Origin: Actinomycetota bacterium
Lineage (GTDB): Bacteria; Actinomycetota; JAHEXW01
Assembly (NCBI GenBank): GCA_041658625.1
Contig: JBAZZW010000002.1
Span: 538,851 to 602,850 of the forward strand
Direction of reading: 5' to 3'
DNA: 64,000 bases
Shown here: one piece after another, positions 49,272 through 59,864 of the stretch
Numbering within the stretch: position 1 is the first letter of the stretch
Layout of the letters: each line of letters starts with the position of its first letter
The notes under the pieces: generated by a model
Databases searched by the model: none
Told to the model about the DNA's origin: nothing
What the model saw: only the letters and a program-made list of their open reading frames with translations
Translations under genes and position numbers: made by a program

Positions 49272-50993
49272 CTAAAGAACTTTGTCCTTAACCGCCGACT
49301 GGACTTCGCTTATAAAATCGGCCAGTTTAACGCCGCGGTGATCCTTGCCTTCTTTGTCGCGCACGGCGACGGTGCCATCCTTTTCTTCGTTATCGCCGAC
49401 GACCAGCGCAAATGGAATCTTCTTCATTCTGGAGTCGCGAATTTTCGCGGAAACCGTCTCGTTCCTGTCATCCAGCTCGACTCGTAAGCCGGCGTTTTTC
49501 ATAATCCGCGTGGTCGAAGCGGCATAGTCGGCGTGTTTCTCCGATATCGGCAGGACGGCCGCCTGGACCGGCGCCAGCCATAACGGAAATTCGCCGCCGT
49601 AGTGCTCGATCAAGGCCCCGATGAACCTTTCCATACTGCCCAGAACTACGCGGTGTATCATAACCGGCCTGTGCTGGGCATTGTCCGCCCCGTAGTAGAC
49701 CGCGTCGAAGCTTTCCGGCAGATTGAAGTCTACCTGCACAGTCGGGCCTTGCCAGAGACGGCCCAGCGCGTCCTTCAATTTGATATCGATCTTCGGGCCA
49801 TAGAATACACCTTCGCCCGGGTCGACCTGATAGTTTATCTTGTGATGCTCCAGGGCTTTGATCAAAGCGTTTGTCGCCTTCTCCCAGTTCTCGTCGGAGC
49901 CGACCGACTTTTCGGGACGCGTCGAGAGCATAACCTCGTAATCCTCAAACCCGAATGTTTTTAAGCAGAAAAAGGCGAAATCCAGGACACCCAGTATTTC
50001 TTCCTCCGCCTGTTCGGGCAGGCAGAATATGTGAGCGTCGTCCTGGGTGAAACCGCGCACCCTGAGCAGGCCGTGCAGCACGCCGCTTCTTTCGTGCCGG
50101 TAGACGGTTCCCAGTTCAAAATACCTGATCGGTAAGGTCCGGTAGCTCCGAGGCTCCGACTTATAGACCATTATGTGGGCCGGGCAATTCATCGGTTTTA
50201 TGCCGTATTCCTGGCCTTCGATCTCAAAGAAATACATCGGGTACCGCATCTCGAGATGTCCGCTCGTCTTCCAGACGCTCGTCTTCATGATGTGCGGCCC
50301 GACGACAAAATCGTAGCCCCGCTTGCGATGCTCCTCTTTTAAAAAGTCCTCGATCAACCCGCGAAGGATCGCGCCTTTGGGGTGATAGACGACCAAACCC
50401 GGGCCTAATTCTTCCGGCAGGTCGAACAGACCGAGTTCTCGCCCGAGTTTACGGTGATCGCGCTTGGCGATCTCCTCCAGCTTGATCATGTACTCGGCCA
50501 GTTCGTCGGCCTTGCCCCAGGCTGTTCCGTAAATCCTCTGCAGCATCGGTCTGTGTTCGTCTCCCCGCCAGTAGGCCCCGGCAAGACTTAGCAGTTTGAA
50601 GTGCTTAACCTTCTTGGTATACGAACAATGAGGACCGCGGCAAAGGTCGATGAAGTCTCCCTGGCGGAAAACGGTGACGGTTTCGTCGGCCATGGCGTTT
50701 AGCAGCTCGACTTTATACGGCTGATGAAGCTCTTCAAAAAGGGCGACGGCGTCGGCTTTGGCCAGCTCCGCCCGGGTAATCGGCAAGTTTCGCTTGGCGA
50801 TCTCCCGCATCTTAACCTCGATCTTCTCAAGGTCGTCGGGCGCGAAGGTGTGCGGAAGTTCAAAATCGTAGTAGAAGCCGTCTTCAATGGTCGGGCCGAT
50901 ACCCAGCTTGACGTCTCCGAACAACTCGGTGACCGCTTGAGCCATGACATGCGCCGTAGAATGCCGGAGAATATCCAGTTCTGTCGCGTCCAC
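49272..50993 (-). CDS. thrS: threonine--tRNA ligase
   Basis: 573 aa; class II synthetase core and C-terminal anticodon-binding domain; GTG start at 50993. Confidence 0.9.
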   Translation of the reverse strand: MDATELDILRHSTAHVMAQAVTELFGDVKLGIGPTIEDGFYYDFELPHTFAPDDLEKIEVKMREIAKRNLPITRAELAKADAVALFEELHQPYKVELLNAMADETVTVFRQGDFIDLCRGPHCSYTKKVKHFKLLSLAGAYWRGDEHRPMLQRIYGTAWGKADELAEYMIKLEEIAKRDHRKLGRELGLFDLPEELGPGLVVYHPKGAILRGLIEDFLKEEHRKRGYDFVVGPHIMKTSVWKTSGHLEMRYPMYFFEIEGQEYGIKPMNCPAHIMVYKSEPRSYRTLPIRYFELGTVYRHERSGVLHGLLRVRGFTQDDAHIFCLPEQAEEEILGVLDFAFFCLKTFGFEDYEVMLSTRPEKSVGSDENWEKATNALIKALEHHKINYQVDPGEGVFYGPKIDIKLKDALGRLWQGPTVQVDFNLPESFDAVYYGADNAQHRPVMIHRVVLGSMERFIGALIEHYGGEFPLWLAPVQAAVLPISEKHADYAASTTRIMKNAGLRVELDDRNETVSAKIRDSRMKKIPFALVVGDNEEKDGTVAVRDKEGKDHRGVKLADFISEVQSAVKDKVL

Positions 50994-51110
50994 GTTATTT
51001 ACGGTGATAGTAGATTTGCAGGCAATTTAGCACGATCGGCGGGATCATCAGGCCGACCAGCAACACAATATATATCGGTTTCATTTGTAGAATTATACTA
51101 TACTTTCCCT

Positions 51111-51914
51111 ATGTTCATAGACACACACGTGCATCTAGATTTTGCTGATTTCCAGCGCGACCGGTCGGAGACCGTAGCGCGGGCCGAGGCGGCCGGCGTA
51201 AGCAAGATGATCAACGTCGGTTCCAGCCTGCAGGGTTCCCGGGATTCCATTAAATTGTCTAAAGAATTTCCAGGCGTTTACGCGACCGTCGGCATCCATC
51301 CCCATGACGCCGGAGAGGCTACTCAGCGGAATCTGGCCGAACTGTTACTCCTGGCATCTAAGCCCAAGGTCGTCGCCATCGGAGAGATCGGTCTGGATTA
51401 CTTCAAATCCAAGACCAGCCCTCAGCTGCAAAAGGAAGCCTTTCTTCGTCAGCTGGATATGGCCATAAGGTTAAATAAGCCGGTCATCATACACTCGCGA
51501 GACGCCGAGGAAGACATGTTAGATGTCTTCTGGCAATTCCAAGGCGTGCGCGGCGTCCTGCACTTTTTCTCCGGCTCTCCGGATTTTGCCAAAGCCGCGG
51601 TTTCATACGGTTTATACGTGTCGTTTACGGGTGTTATCACTTACAAACCCCGCCAGCCCGGCCGCGGCAGCGGAGCCGAATACGACGCTCTCCGCGAGGA
51701 GATTATTAACAGCATTCCTGCCGACCGGCTGATGATTGAGACGGATTGTCCCTTCGCCGCGCCCGAACCTTACCGCGGGAAAAGATGCGAACCGGCCTAC
51801 GTCGTCGAGGTTGCCAGGAGGCTGGCCGAAGTCCGCGGTATTTCCCTGGATGAGATCGAACGTGTGACCACCGAGAACGCCGAAAGGTTTTTCGGACTCT
51901 CCGACCAGCCTTAG
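51111..51914 (+). CDS. tatD: TatD-family metal-dependent hydrolase
   Basis: Start at ATG 51111 (MFIDTHVHLDF); the track's 50724 start is an antisense-overlap extension into thrS. Confidence 0.85.
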   Translation: MFIDTHVHLDFADFQRDRSETVARAEAAGVSKMINVGSSLQGSRDSIKLSKEFPGVYATVGIHPHDAGEATQRNLAELLLLASKPKVVAIGEIGLDYFKSKTSPQLQKEAFLRQLDMAIRLNKPVIIHSRDAEEDMLDVFWQFQGVRGVLHFFSGSPDFAKAAVSYGLYVSFTGVITYKPRQPGRGSGAEYDALREEIINSIPADRLMIETDCPFAAPEPYRGKRCEPAYVVEVARRLAEVRGISLDEIERVTTENAERFFGLSDQP

Positions 51915-51915
51915 A

Positions 51916-52737
51916 CTAACGGCCGACCTCGGCGTAAACGTCTTCGTCGCTCGTTAACCTCAAAAACGCTCCCAAGAATACGAACACATAACAGCCCATC
52001 CAGAATACGTCAATTACGTTTGAAACCAGCGTGCCGGGCTGGTAAGCGTCAGCTACGGAAAAGAACGTAAAAGCCATGTCTCCGACCGCATATAACGCGA
52101 TCCCCGTAATGACAGCCGTGACCCACGACGGCCACTTGGAGACGTTTGAAAAGATTGCGGTCGATATGAACCCGACCAGCAGGGCTACGTCAAAGACCGG
52201 GTATAAGGCGTTGATCAGCTCGTCATACATCTGTTGCTGGATATAGGTCGAATAGATTGCCAGGTACTGGAAGAACCAAACCGCGGCCGCCGTCGTTATC
52301 ATTAAGGCTATTATTACGATTACACCGAACAGATGTTGGTTCTTTTTGCGCGAAATCCGCCAGAAGGCGAATTAGAGACAGAAACATAAACGCATAACCG
52401 GTTAGAAACGCGTACGTCCCGAATGAGGACGAAGCGGGCTGGCTTAAGCCCTTGAATATCTGAAGATAAACCCAGTATAATTCCGCGGCCGTCAGCGCAA
52501 TCATTGACAAAGCCAAGGACCCCCAAAAGAATCCTTCGTAGGCGCGCTTCTTAATGAACGCGGCGGTCGTTCCGATTACAGCGATAACCGGCGGAAACAC
52601 ATACGCGACGCCGAGGACTTTGTTTTTCGCATCTAAAGAGACCGGCCAAAAGGCCGCGCCCACATACATAAGAATATAAAATATGTGAAACACTAAAATT
52701 GCACTGATTCTTTTCGGGTCTATCCATTTATGCATAA
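51916..52737 (-). pseudogene. polytopic membrane protein gene interrupted by a frameshift at a homopolymer run (two ORFs 52223..52870 and 51916..52302)
   Basis: Both ORF halves are TM-helix-rich in different frames; frames cross between about 52302 and 52374, with a T5/A5 run at 52343..52347; sequence after the shift in the upstream frame is non-membrane-like. Confidence 0.4.
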
Positions 52738-52806
52738 TGTATTTATAATAGGATGTTATTATCGGCAAGCCAATAAGAATTTGGCAATCGAACGGAAGGA
52801 GAGAAA

Positions 52807-53745
52807 TTGGAAGCGACAGTCGAAGCCGGTCAGAGACCGCCTCTGGCCAAAGTGTTGTTCCTGGAGACAAGGCCGCAGTTCTTAACTCTTATCCCCTGCG
52901 TGCTAACCCCGGGCGTCGCGCTGGCTTATGCCGGCGGGCATTTTAACTGGGCGCATTTAATTCTTGCGCTGATCGGTTCGTTGTTGGTACACATATCGGT
53001 TAACGTACTGAATGACTATACCGACTGGGTGCGCGGTACTGACAAACTGGTCCAAAGGACGCCTTTCTCGGGCGGCAGCGGATTAATCAAGGCCGGCATG
53101 ATTTCCCCGCGAATGGTGCTTATTGAAGGCGTTGCTGCTTTATGTTTGTCCCTTGTAATCGGCATCTATTTTGTGTATCTGTATCCGGTCCTCTTATGGT
53201 TCGTGGTAGGCGGTGCATTGCTGACCGTGTTCTACACGCCGGTGTTGACCAAGACTGTCATCACGGAGATCTTCCCGGGCTTAGGTTTCGGCGTCATCCC
53301 CGTTATCGGCGCTTACATCGTAATGCAGCCGGTCGGCAAGGTCGCGATTACCCCGGAAGTCATCTGGCTTAGCATCCCCGCCACCATCCTCGTGTCGGGA
53401 CTCCTTTGGATAAACGAGATTCCCGACATCCAGGCGGACAAGGCCACCGGTCGGCGTCACGCGGTCCTGTTGATGGGCACACAGAAAGCCGCTTGGGGTT
53501 ACGTCGCTTTGTTGGTCATGACCTACGTCTCGATAGTAACGCCGATCGCCCTGGGCATCCTGCCTGTCTGGTGTCTGGCAGGCTTATTGACCATACCCCT
53601 GGCCGTAAAAGCCGGAACCGGCGCGGTCAAGAACCACGACAGCATCGAGGGCATAACCCCGGCGCTCGGCCAGAACATTTTAACCGTTCTCGCCACTCCG
53701 GTGCTATTGGCCATCGGCTTGGTTGTCTCCAAACTGGTCGGATAA
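52807..53745 (+). CDS. UbiA-family prenyltransferase (MenA-like)
   Basis: 312 aa; NVLNDYTDWVRGTD Asp-rich motif, about 8 TM helices. Confidence 0.8.
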   Translation: MEATVEAGQRPPLAKVLFLETRPQFLTLIPCVLTPGVALAYAGGHFNWAHLILALIGSLLVHISVNVLNDYTDWVRGTDKLVQRTPFSGGSGLIKAGMISPRMVLIEGVAALCLSLVIGIYFVYLYPVLLWFVVGGALLTVFYTPVLTKTVITEIFPGLGFGVIPVIGAYIVMQPVGKVAITPEVIWLSIPATILVSGLLWINEIPDIQADKATGRRHAVLLMGTQKAAWGYVALLVMTYVSIVTPIALGILPVWCLAGLLTIPLAVKAGTGAVKNHDSIEGITPALGQNILTVLATPVLLAIGLVVSKLVG

Positions 53746-53845
53746 GTTTCACAGTATATTCACAAACGGTTCACGGGATATTCTTGTGAGCCCTTGATAA
53801 TGGGCATTAGAGGTAGCCAAGGCTACCCCGCCCATCAGACAAAAG

Positions 53846-53886
53846 AAAAAGAGCAGGATAACAGACCACCTGCTCTTTTTCTTTTA
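53846..53886 (+). terminator. rho-independent terminator candidate after UbiA-family gene
   Basis: AAAAAGAGCAGG / CCTGCTCTTTTT inverted repeat with 12-nt loop, followed by CTTTT. Confidence 0.5.
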
Positions 53887-53955
53887 GCTGAAACTCCTAC
53901 TATGATACAATCATTACAAACATTTCGACCTTACCCGAATATCGAGAGACGGCAA

Positions 53956-56172
53956 ATGCCAAAAGTCAGTATAGTCATAACGTGTCATAACCATGGACGG
54001 TTTTTACCATTTGCGATAAAGAGCGCGATCTCGCAGACATATAAGGACTTTGAAGTTATTGCCGTGGATGATGGGTCCACCGACAATACAGCCGCTGTTT
54101 TAGTGAAATATGAAAACGACCCGCGATTCACAATAATACACCAGGAAAGAAAAGGACCTGCGTCGGCTCGTAACCTCGCCATTGAGCAGGCAAACGGCGA
54201 TTTCATCCTGCCCCTGGACGCAGACGATATTATAGAAAAGAACATGCTCGAAGAAACCGTGCCGGTTCTGGAGAAGAATCCAGATCTTGGTGTTGCATAC
54301 ACCCAATGGAAGACTTTTGGCGATGTCATCAAATTGGTTTTGCCAATCGAGTACAACTTTTTGGTCCTCGCCTATCATGCCAACTTCATTCCCGGGTGCT
54401 CGCTTTATCGTAAACAAGCCTGGAAAGAAGCTGGCGGATACAACACTGATATGGAATATGGAGGTGAGGCCTGGGATCTATTTGTCAGAATGGGCGAAAA
54501 AGGTTGGTGTGGTGGGTTAGTGTCTAAGACACTATTAATGACTAGAATCCATTCAGAATCAATGCAGGGTTTATCTGACAAGCATAAACAAGACATAATC
54601 AACCAGGTTGTCGCGAATAACAAAGACGTATACTCAAAGAATGTCGAAGCGAAAGACTGGTTTGAGGCAAAGCAACTAGCCCGTGAAAACAGATATCCAT
54701 TTTCTGATGTACCAATACCCGAGCTTAACGATGTATTAATAAAAAACTTGGCTTGGCCGAAACCTGCGAGTGCTCCAAAGGTCAGCATTATTATCCCCTG
54801 TTATAACCAGGCCGACCTGCTTGATGAGGCAGTTAATAGCGCTCTATGCCAAACCTATCAGTCGTTTGAGATCGTGATCGTCAATGACGGCTCAACGGAT
54901 AACATTGGTGAAGCGCTAAAGAAACATGCAAATAATCCAAAAATACATATCATCAACCAGGAGAATCAAGGAGTGGCAAGTGCAAGAAACAATGCAATTC
55001 TGACAGCTGGGGGCGAGTATATTTTGCCTCTTGATGCCGACGATATGATTGAACCTACATACCTCGAAAAGACAGTTGCCTCCCTCGACGCAGAAGAAAA
55101 AGCTGGAATTGCGTATACATACATTAAGTTCTTTGGCAACGCAGAAAGAGAAATACAACAAATTGACTTTGATTTCATGGTTCTGGCCTATCATGGTAAT
55201 TTTATGACATGCACATCTTTGTTTAGAAAGACAGCCTGGGAAGATGCGGGTGGCTATAACCCAAACATGAGGTATGGATATGAAGATTGGGATCTATGGC
55301 TTGGAATTTCCGAACGGGGTTGGGGTGTTACATTTGTGAAGGAACCACTGATCCACTATCGCCAGACTGAAACATCCAGGTCTGATGAAGCACACAGACA
55401 TCTCCCTGAGCTATACCGCCAGCTGATTGCGAATCACCCTATCACGTACGCTCAACCTCTTGCCGAGAAGAAATGGCTACGCTTTGTGAAACAGGTTAGT
55501 GATGAGACGCGTTTTCCTATCGGAAATGCGACATCTCCATGTTTTCAGACCTATATAGATAACATCATTTTTGAACCAGTCGACAAGCCGGATGTAAGCG
55601 TCATCATCACTTGCGATCACCGTGCCAATACAATTATGGAGAGTGTCAGGAGCATCCTTTTCCAGGATTACCGCAGCTTCGAGATAATAATCGTTGATCT
55701 AGGAATAGCTGGAGACGCTAAGGGTGAGCTTGAAAAGCTAAAAGCAAATCCACGTGTTGCGATCATTGATGCGACTTTTTCGAGAGACTTGATATCATCT
55801 ACCAGCAAAGCAGTTTCAGGAGCGCGAGGTAAGTATATATTGATGCTGAGTAATGGTGATGTAGTACACAAAACATTGCTTAGTAAAGCAACGCGAGAGT
55901 TCAATAAAAGAACCAAACTAGGCATTGTCTATGCGAATGAACAAGAACGCAATGGAGAAGAGGCTGCAAGAAAAATCCAGTATAGCTACGCTGCCCTAAA
56001 GCGCCAAAATTATATTGGGCGACACGCAGTTTTTAGCAAGCATGCCTGGCTGGAAGCGGGCGGCTTTAAGAAGGAGACTCTGAATCCTGACATTCTATGG
56101 GGCCTATGGCTAAGAATGGGCGACCTTGGCTGGGCGGGGAAATTGATTGATGAACCCCTGGTGCTTCAATAA
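53956..56172 (+). CDS. multi-domain family 2 glycosyltransferase (three tandem GT-A domains)
   Basis: Start at ATG 53956 (MPKVSIVITCHNHGRFL), downstream of the terminator; GT2 signatures at SIVITCHN...VIAVDDGSTD, SIIIPCYN...IVIVNDGSTD and SVIITCDH...IIIVDLG. Confidence 0.8.
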   Translation: MPKVSIVITCHNHGRFLPFAIKSAISQTYKDFEVIAVDDGSTDNTAAVLVKYENDPRFTIIHQERKGPASARNLAIEQANGDFILPLDADDIIEKNMLEETVPVLEKNPDLGVAYTQWKTFGDVIKLVLPIEYNFLVLAYHANFIPGCSLYRKQAWKEAGGYNTDMEYGGEAWDLFVRMGEKGWCGGLVSKTLLMTRIHSESMQGLSDKHKQDIINQVVANNKDVYSKNVEAKDWFEAKQLARENRYPFSDVPIPELNDVLIKNLAWPKPASAPKVSIIIPCYNQADLLDEAVNSALCQTYQSFEIVIVNDGSTDNIGEALKKHANNPKIHIINQENQGVASARNNAILTAGGEYILPLDADDMIEPTYLEKTVASLDAEEKAGIAYTYIKFFGNAEREIQQIDFDFMVLAYHGNFMTCTSLFRKTAWEDAGGYNPNMRYGYEDWDLWLGISERGWGVTFVKEPLIHYRQTETSRSDEAHRHLPELYRQLIANHPITYAQPLAEKKWLRFVKQVSDETRFPIGNATSPCFQTYIDNIIFEPVDKPDVSVIITCDHRANTIMESVRSILFQDYRSFEIIIVDLGIAGDAKGELEKLKANPRVAIIDATFSRDLISSTSKAVSGARGKYILMLSNGDVVHKTLLSKATREFNKRTKLGIVYANEQERNGEEAARKIQYSYAALKRQNYIGRHAVFSKHAWLEAGGFKKETLNPDILWGLWLRMGDLGWAGKLIDEPLVLQ

Positions 56173-56175
56173 CTA

Positions 56176-56838
56176 TTACTTTCGTACTTTTCGTGCAACA
56201 ATGCAGGCTACAGCTTGGACATAGCCATTTGAAACAGAATCAATATCGAGCAAGTCTGTTTTTGTTGCCGGAATCCAGTGGAGCCTTTCTAGGCCTTTAA
56301 AATACTTTTCTTTTTCTATTGTGAATCCATCAAGCAACGATACCAGCGCTTCATCGTCATATACTCTATACCAACTTGATTGCATCCTTCTCCCAAACGG
56401 GATAGTCAGAATGAACATACCATCGTTTGTTAAAACTCGGCTTATCTCTTGAACTACCTTAAAGTCACCATTGCTAAGAGGCTCTTCTCCATAGGCGCCA
56501 AGTCCGCAGTGCTCAATTGCTGAAACTGCACTTACAACGTCGAAAGAACCGCTTTGAAAGGAGTCTTTCAGAAAATCGCCTTTTACGAATTCGAAGTTTG
56601 GATGCTTAAGATCGTAATCTGTTAAGTCAACTCCTACTACTCTATGCCCCAGACTTGCTAGTTCAATAGGAAGTCGGCTTCTAGCGCAACCAAAGTCAAG
56701 AATCCGCAATTCCTGATTGCTCGGAATATTTTGAAAAACGAATGGAATCTCGACAATTCTTTCATTTGTAAGAAGTTGATCTGAAGGACCATCGTAATAT
56801 ATTGACTCTTCAAAAAGGGATTTTAGGTCTTTATCCAT
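56176..56838 (-). CDS. class I SAM-dependent methyltransferase
   Basis: 220 aa; motif I ILDFGCARSRLPIELASLGHRVVGVD. Confidence 0.75.
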   Translation of the reverse strand: MDKDLKSLFEESIYYDGPSDQLLTNERIVEIPFVFQNIPSNQELRILDFGCARSRLPIELASLGHRVVGVDLTDYDLKHPNFEFVKGDFLKDSFQSGSFDVVSAVSAIEHCGLGAYGEEPLSNGDFKVVQEISRVLTNDGMFILTIPFGRRMQSSWYRVYDDEALVSLLDGFTIEKEKYFKGLERLHWIPATKTDLLDIDSVSNGYVQAVACIVARKVRK

Positions 56839-56958
56839 GCTCCAAACTTAATATAGCAAACAGTGGCTGTCAACATAGCTTGTAAGAAATGTTACTTTTA
56901 TGGATAATTGAAAGTAATTTCATGTCAGCGCGTTGATCTCTTTATTTGGGTATGTTCA

Positions 56959-59355
56959 ATGACGAGAAAAGGAAAAAAGAGGCTAAATCTTGGGTGTGGG
57001 CCGGATATCAGAGAGGGCTTTATAAATGTTGACGCACGGTCACTTCCCGGCGTCGATCTAGTTTCTGATGTAAGGAAGCTGCCTTTCCCTAAATCAAGTA
57101 TTTCGGAAATTGTCGCTATCGATGTACTTGAACATTTGTCTAGACTTGAAGCGCCTGAGGCGCTTAGATATTGGGTTTCACTTCTAACCAAAGAAGGATC
57201 GATCTTTGTTCAATCACCAGATATCCGATTGCTAGCAGAGGTTATTGAAGATGACGATGAGCTTTCGCGAAGACTATACGGGGATCAGGATTATCCCGAG
57301 AATCTCCATAAAAGTGGGTTCACTTTATCGCGTCTTAGGGAATTATTAGAAGCTGAAGGCTTGAAGATCGTAAAAGGAACTTATATTAATGGGAATTTTA
57401 GAATTTGGGCTACCTATCCACGCTCAAGAATAAAAAAATGTCTTTGTCTCGGCAAAACCGATCCATACCCATCAGGTCAGATTCCAGATGAAACGCTAAT
57501 AGTTGAAGGACTAAAAGATAATGGGATCGATGTTGATTTCTATGATTATAAAGATTTCGACCCAGAATTAACTGATATCTACGATTTTGCACTACTAATT
57601 TATCATTACGACATTCCTCTTCAAGGGTATCGTTATCTTCTGGATCAAGTCGTTGCTGACAAGACCGCACTAATGACATTTGACTGGGTTCTATCTGAGG
57701 CGAGAAGAACTGGGTTTCTAGAGGTGGCGAGACTCTTCGACATTGTTTTTACAACAGACGATGTTGTTGACTGGCGTTCCTTGGGAGTGAACCAGGCAAC
57801 AATTCGACAAGGAGTTAGTTCACCTCATAAGCGCGGTCACAAGAGAAACGATCTCGATTTTGATATAGCGTTCATCGGCGGCCTAAATGACTCAAGCAGG
57901 GTTGAAAACCTTAGAACGATTATGAAGAAATATAAGGTCGCTCATTTTGATAATCAGGTAAATCAAGAATTTAGTTCCATCTATATGGGGCCTGCTCACA
58001 ATGAAAGGTTCTGTGATATATGCAGTTCAGCAAAAATCATTCTGGGCGGCGGTTTCCCTGAAACTACGAAGGGTTACTGGTCAAATCGTGTTTACATGGT
58101 CCTTGGATGTGGGGGATTCTTCCTTTCGCCATATGTTGAAGGTATGGAGAGCGAATTTGAAGATAAAAAGCACCTGGTTTTTTTTCGCTCAGAATCTGAA
58201 CTAGAAAAGAATGTTCAGTACTATCTAAAGAATGATGCCGAAAGGGAAAACATAGCTAGAAACGGAAGAGCGCTTGTGCATCAAGAGTATTCATACAAAA
58301 AGCGAACTAGAAGTTTGGTTAAAGAGATAAACGAAATGCGGCGCAAAATCGGTCTTGTGTCATACACTGAACGACAAAGCGGATTAGGCATTATGGCAAA
58401 TGAGCTAGTTGACAGCTTGAATATAACAAACATCCTATCGATAGACTCTGCCAAGGGGAAACGAGAAACTTGGAGAGAAAACCAAGTTAATGCCAACAAT
58501 CCACCGGATCAAGAATCCATATTTGAGTTTTTGTCACAGAATTTTAAGGTCCTACTCTTGCTGGAGACGCCGTTTAATCAACATATTCCGTATGTGGCAA
58601 AAAAAGCAGGCAAAAAGGTAGTCTGCTATGTTCACCATGAGTGGTTGCCACTAGATGCACCGTGGCTGCAATACGTTGATCTATTCTTGTGTCCAAATAG
58701 TATTGCCGAAGAGAAAATGAATAGTTATGTAAGAAAACAAGTCAATTGGCCAATCAATCTTTCCCAATATGAGTTTAAAAAAAGAGAGGGTCATGTCTTT
58801 ATACATAATGCTGGATATATTGGACCCTTTAATAGAAAAGGAACAGCTGATGTAATACAAGCTTTCTGTGCATCAAAGGCAGGAAAGCTGATTCTAAGAA
58901 GCCAAATCCCTCTAGAACAAGAGATTGATTTGGATCTTGTAAAAATGGCAAGAGATGATAGTCGTATAGATATCAGAATTGGCGCGCTTGATAACTATCA
59001 GGACTTGTTTAGCGAAGGTGACATTGCGTTACAGCCTAGCCGTTTTGAAGGATATGGGAGAGCAATAGCTGAGGCTATGGCTTCAGGCTTGGTAGTTGTA
59101 ACAACAGATGCTCCACCCATGAAGGACTTTGTCGGAGATTCTAAGCTTCTAGTCAAAGTGTCTTCAGAACAACCATTAAGATCCGGCCCATTTGACGCTA
59201 TATCATATGTACCAGACATAGATTCGATGACAGAGATAATTGATTCTTTGTCAAGATCAAGTGATATTGGAAAGTTTAGTCTCGAGGCCAGAGAGAGAAT
59301 TGAGTCAGGATATAGCCGGTGGGACAAAATAATTGAAATACTACAAAATGTCTAG
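56959..59355 (+). CDS. fusion protein: N-terminal SAM-dependent methyltransferase + central and C-terminal glycosyltransferase (GT1/GT4-like) domains
   Basis: Start at ATG 56959 (MTRKGKKRLNLGCGPD); MTase motif LNLGCGPD...AIDVLEHL; C-terminal EGYGRAIAEAMASGLVVVTTD typical of GT4. Confidence 0.7.
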   Translation: MTRKGKKRLNLGCGPDIREGFINVDARSLPGVDLVSDVRKLPFPKSSISEIVAIDVLEHLSRLEAPEALRYWVSLLTKEGSIFVQSPDIRLLAEVIEDDDELSRRLYGDQDYPENLHKSGFTLSRLRELLEAEGLKIVKGTYINGNFRIWATYPRSRIKKCLCLGKTDPYPSGQIPDETLIVEGLKDNGIDVDFYDYKDFDPELTDIYDFALLIYHYDIPLQGYRYLLDQVVADKTALMTFDWVLSEARRTGFLEVARLFDIVFTTDDVVDWRSLGVNQATIRQGVSSPHKRGHKRNDLDFDIAFIGGLNDSSRVENLRTIMKKYKVAHFDNQVNQEFSSIYMGPAHNERFCDICSSAKIILGGGFPETTKGYWSNRVYMVLGCGGFFLSPYVEGMESEFEDKKHLVFFRSESELEKNVQYYLKNDAERENIARNGRALVHQEYSYKKRTRSLVKEINEMRRKIGLVSYTERQSGLGIMANELVDSLNITNILSIDSAKGKRETWRENQVNANNPPDQESIFEFLSQNFKVLLLLETPFNQHIPYVAKKAGKKVVCYVHHEWLPLDAPWLQYVDLFLCPNSIAEEKMNSYVRKQVNWPINLSQYEFKKREGHVFIHNAGYIGPFNRKGTADVIQAFCASKAGKLILRSQIPLEQEIDLDLVKMARDDSRIDIRIGALDNYQDLFSEGDIALQPSRFEGYGRAIAEAMASGLVVVTTDAPPMKDFVGDSKLLVKVSSEQPLRSGPFDAISYVPDIDSMTEIIDSLSRSSDIGKFSLEARERIESGYSRWDKIIEILQNV

Positions 59356-59392
59356 AAACTCACCGGTATTTAAAAGCCAAGTTCTCTTGTTG

Positions 59393-59402
59393 CCCCCCCC
59401 CC
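59393..59402. repeat. homopolymeric C10 tract about 40 bp upstream of the hicB -10 box (TATAAT at 59441..59446)
   Basis: Read directly; a second tract C8T8 at 59889..59904 follows hicA. Confidence 0.6.
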
Positions 59403-59453
59403 GTTCTCTGATTTTGGTGTTCTTATCTGCTGTCTTCTGATATAATAACGACT

Positions 59454-59675
59454 ATGAAGAGCACATTTACTGCTGTTTTCGAGAAAACGGACGATTGGTA
59501 TATCGGCTATGTCGAAGAACTTCCTGGTGCCAACTCACAGGGAAAAACTCTTAACGAGGCGCGCGAAAACCTAAAGGAAGCTATAGAGCTTACCCTCAAA
59601 TCTAACCGCGAGATTGCCGAACGCGGCCTAACGGGCAAAAAGGTAATCAGGGAATCCATTCAGATAGCCGTCTAA
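59454..59675 (+). CDS. hicB: HicB-family antitoxin
   Basis: 73 aa; FEKTDDWYIGYVEELPGANSQGKTLNEARENLKEAIEL resembles HicB/UPF0150; -10 box only 7 nt upstream of ATG (leaderless-like). Confidence 0.65.
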   Translation: MKSTFTAVFEKTDDWYIGYVEELPGANSQGKTLNEARENLKEAIELTLKSNREIAERGLTGKKVIRESIQIAV

Positions 59676-59864
59676 ATGAAAAGGCGCGCTCTGCTAGCCC
59701 ATCTTAAGAAGCACAACTGCGTCCTGTTAAGACAAGGCGCACGTCATTCTGTGTTCATCAACACCGCGAACAATAAAGTCTCGACCGTCCCCCGACATTC
59801 TGAGATTGTCGATCTTCTTGCTAAGAAGATTTGTCGCGACCTCGAAATCCCCGCCCCTCTATAA
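59676..59864 (+). CDS. hicA: HicA-family toxin (mRNA interferase)
   Basis: 62 aa; LKKHNCVLLRQGARHSVFIN...HSEIVDLLAKKICRDL fits HicA/YcfA-like fold; start abuts hicB stop. Confidence 0.7.
   Translation: MKRRALLAHLKKHNCVLLRQGARHSVFINTANNKVSTVPRHSEIVDLLAKKICRDLEIPAPL

Noticed and set aside
50724-51110. N-terminal extension of the TatD ORF (track start 50724)
   Set aside because: The extension overlaps thrS on the opposite strand; a canonical MFIDTHVHLDF start exists at 51111.
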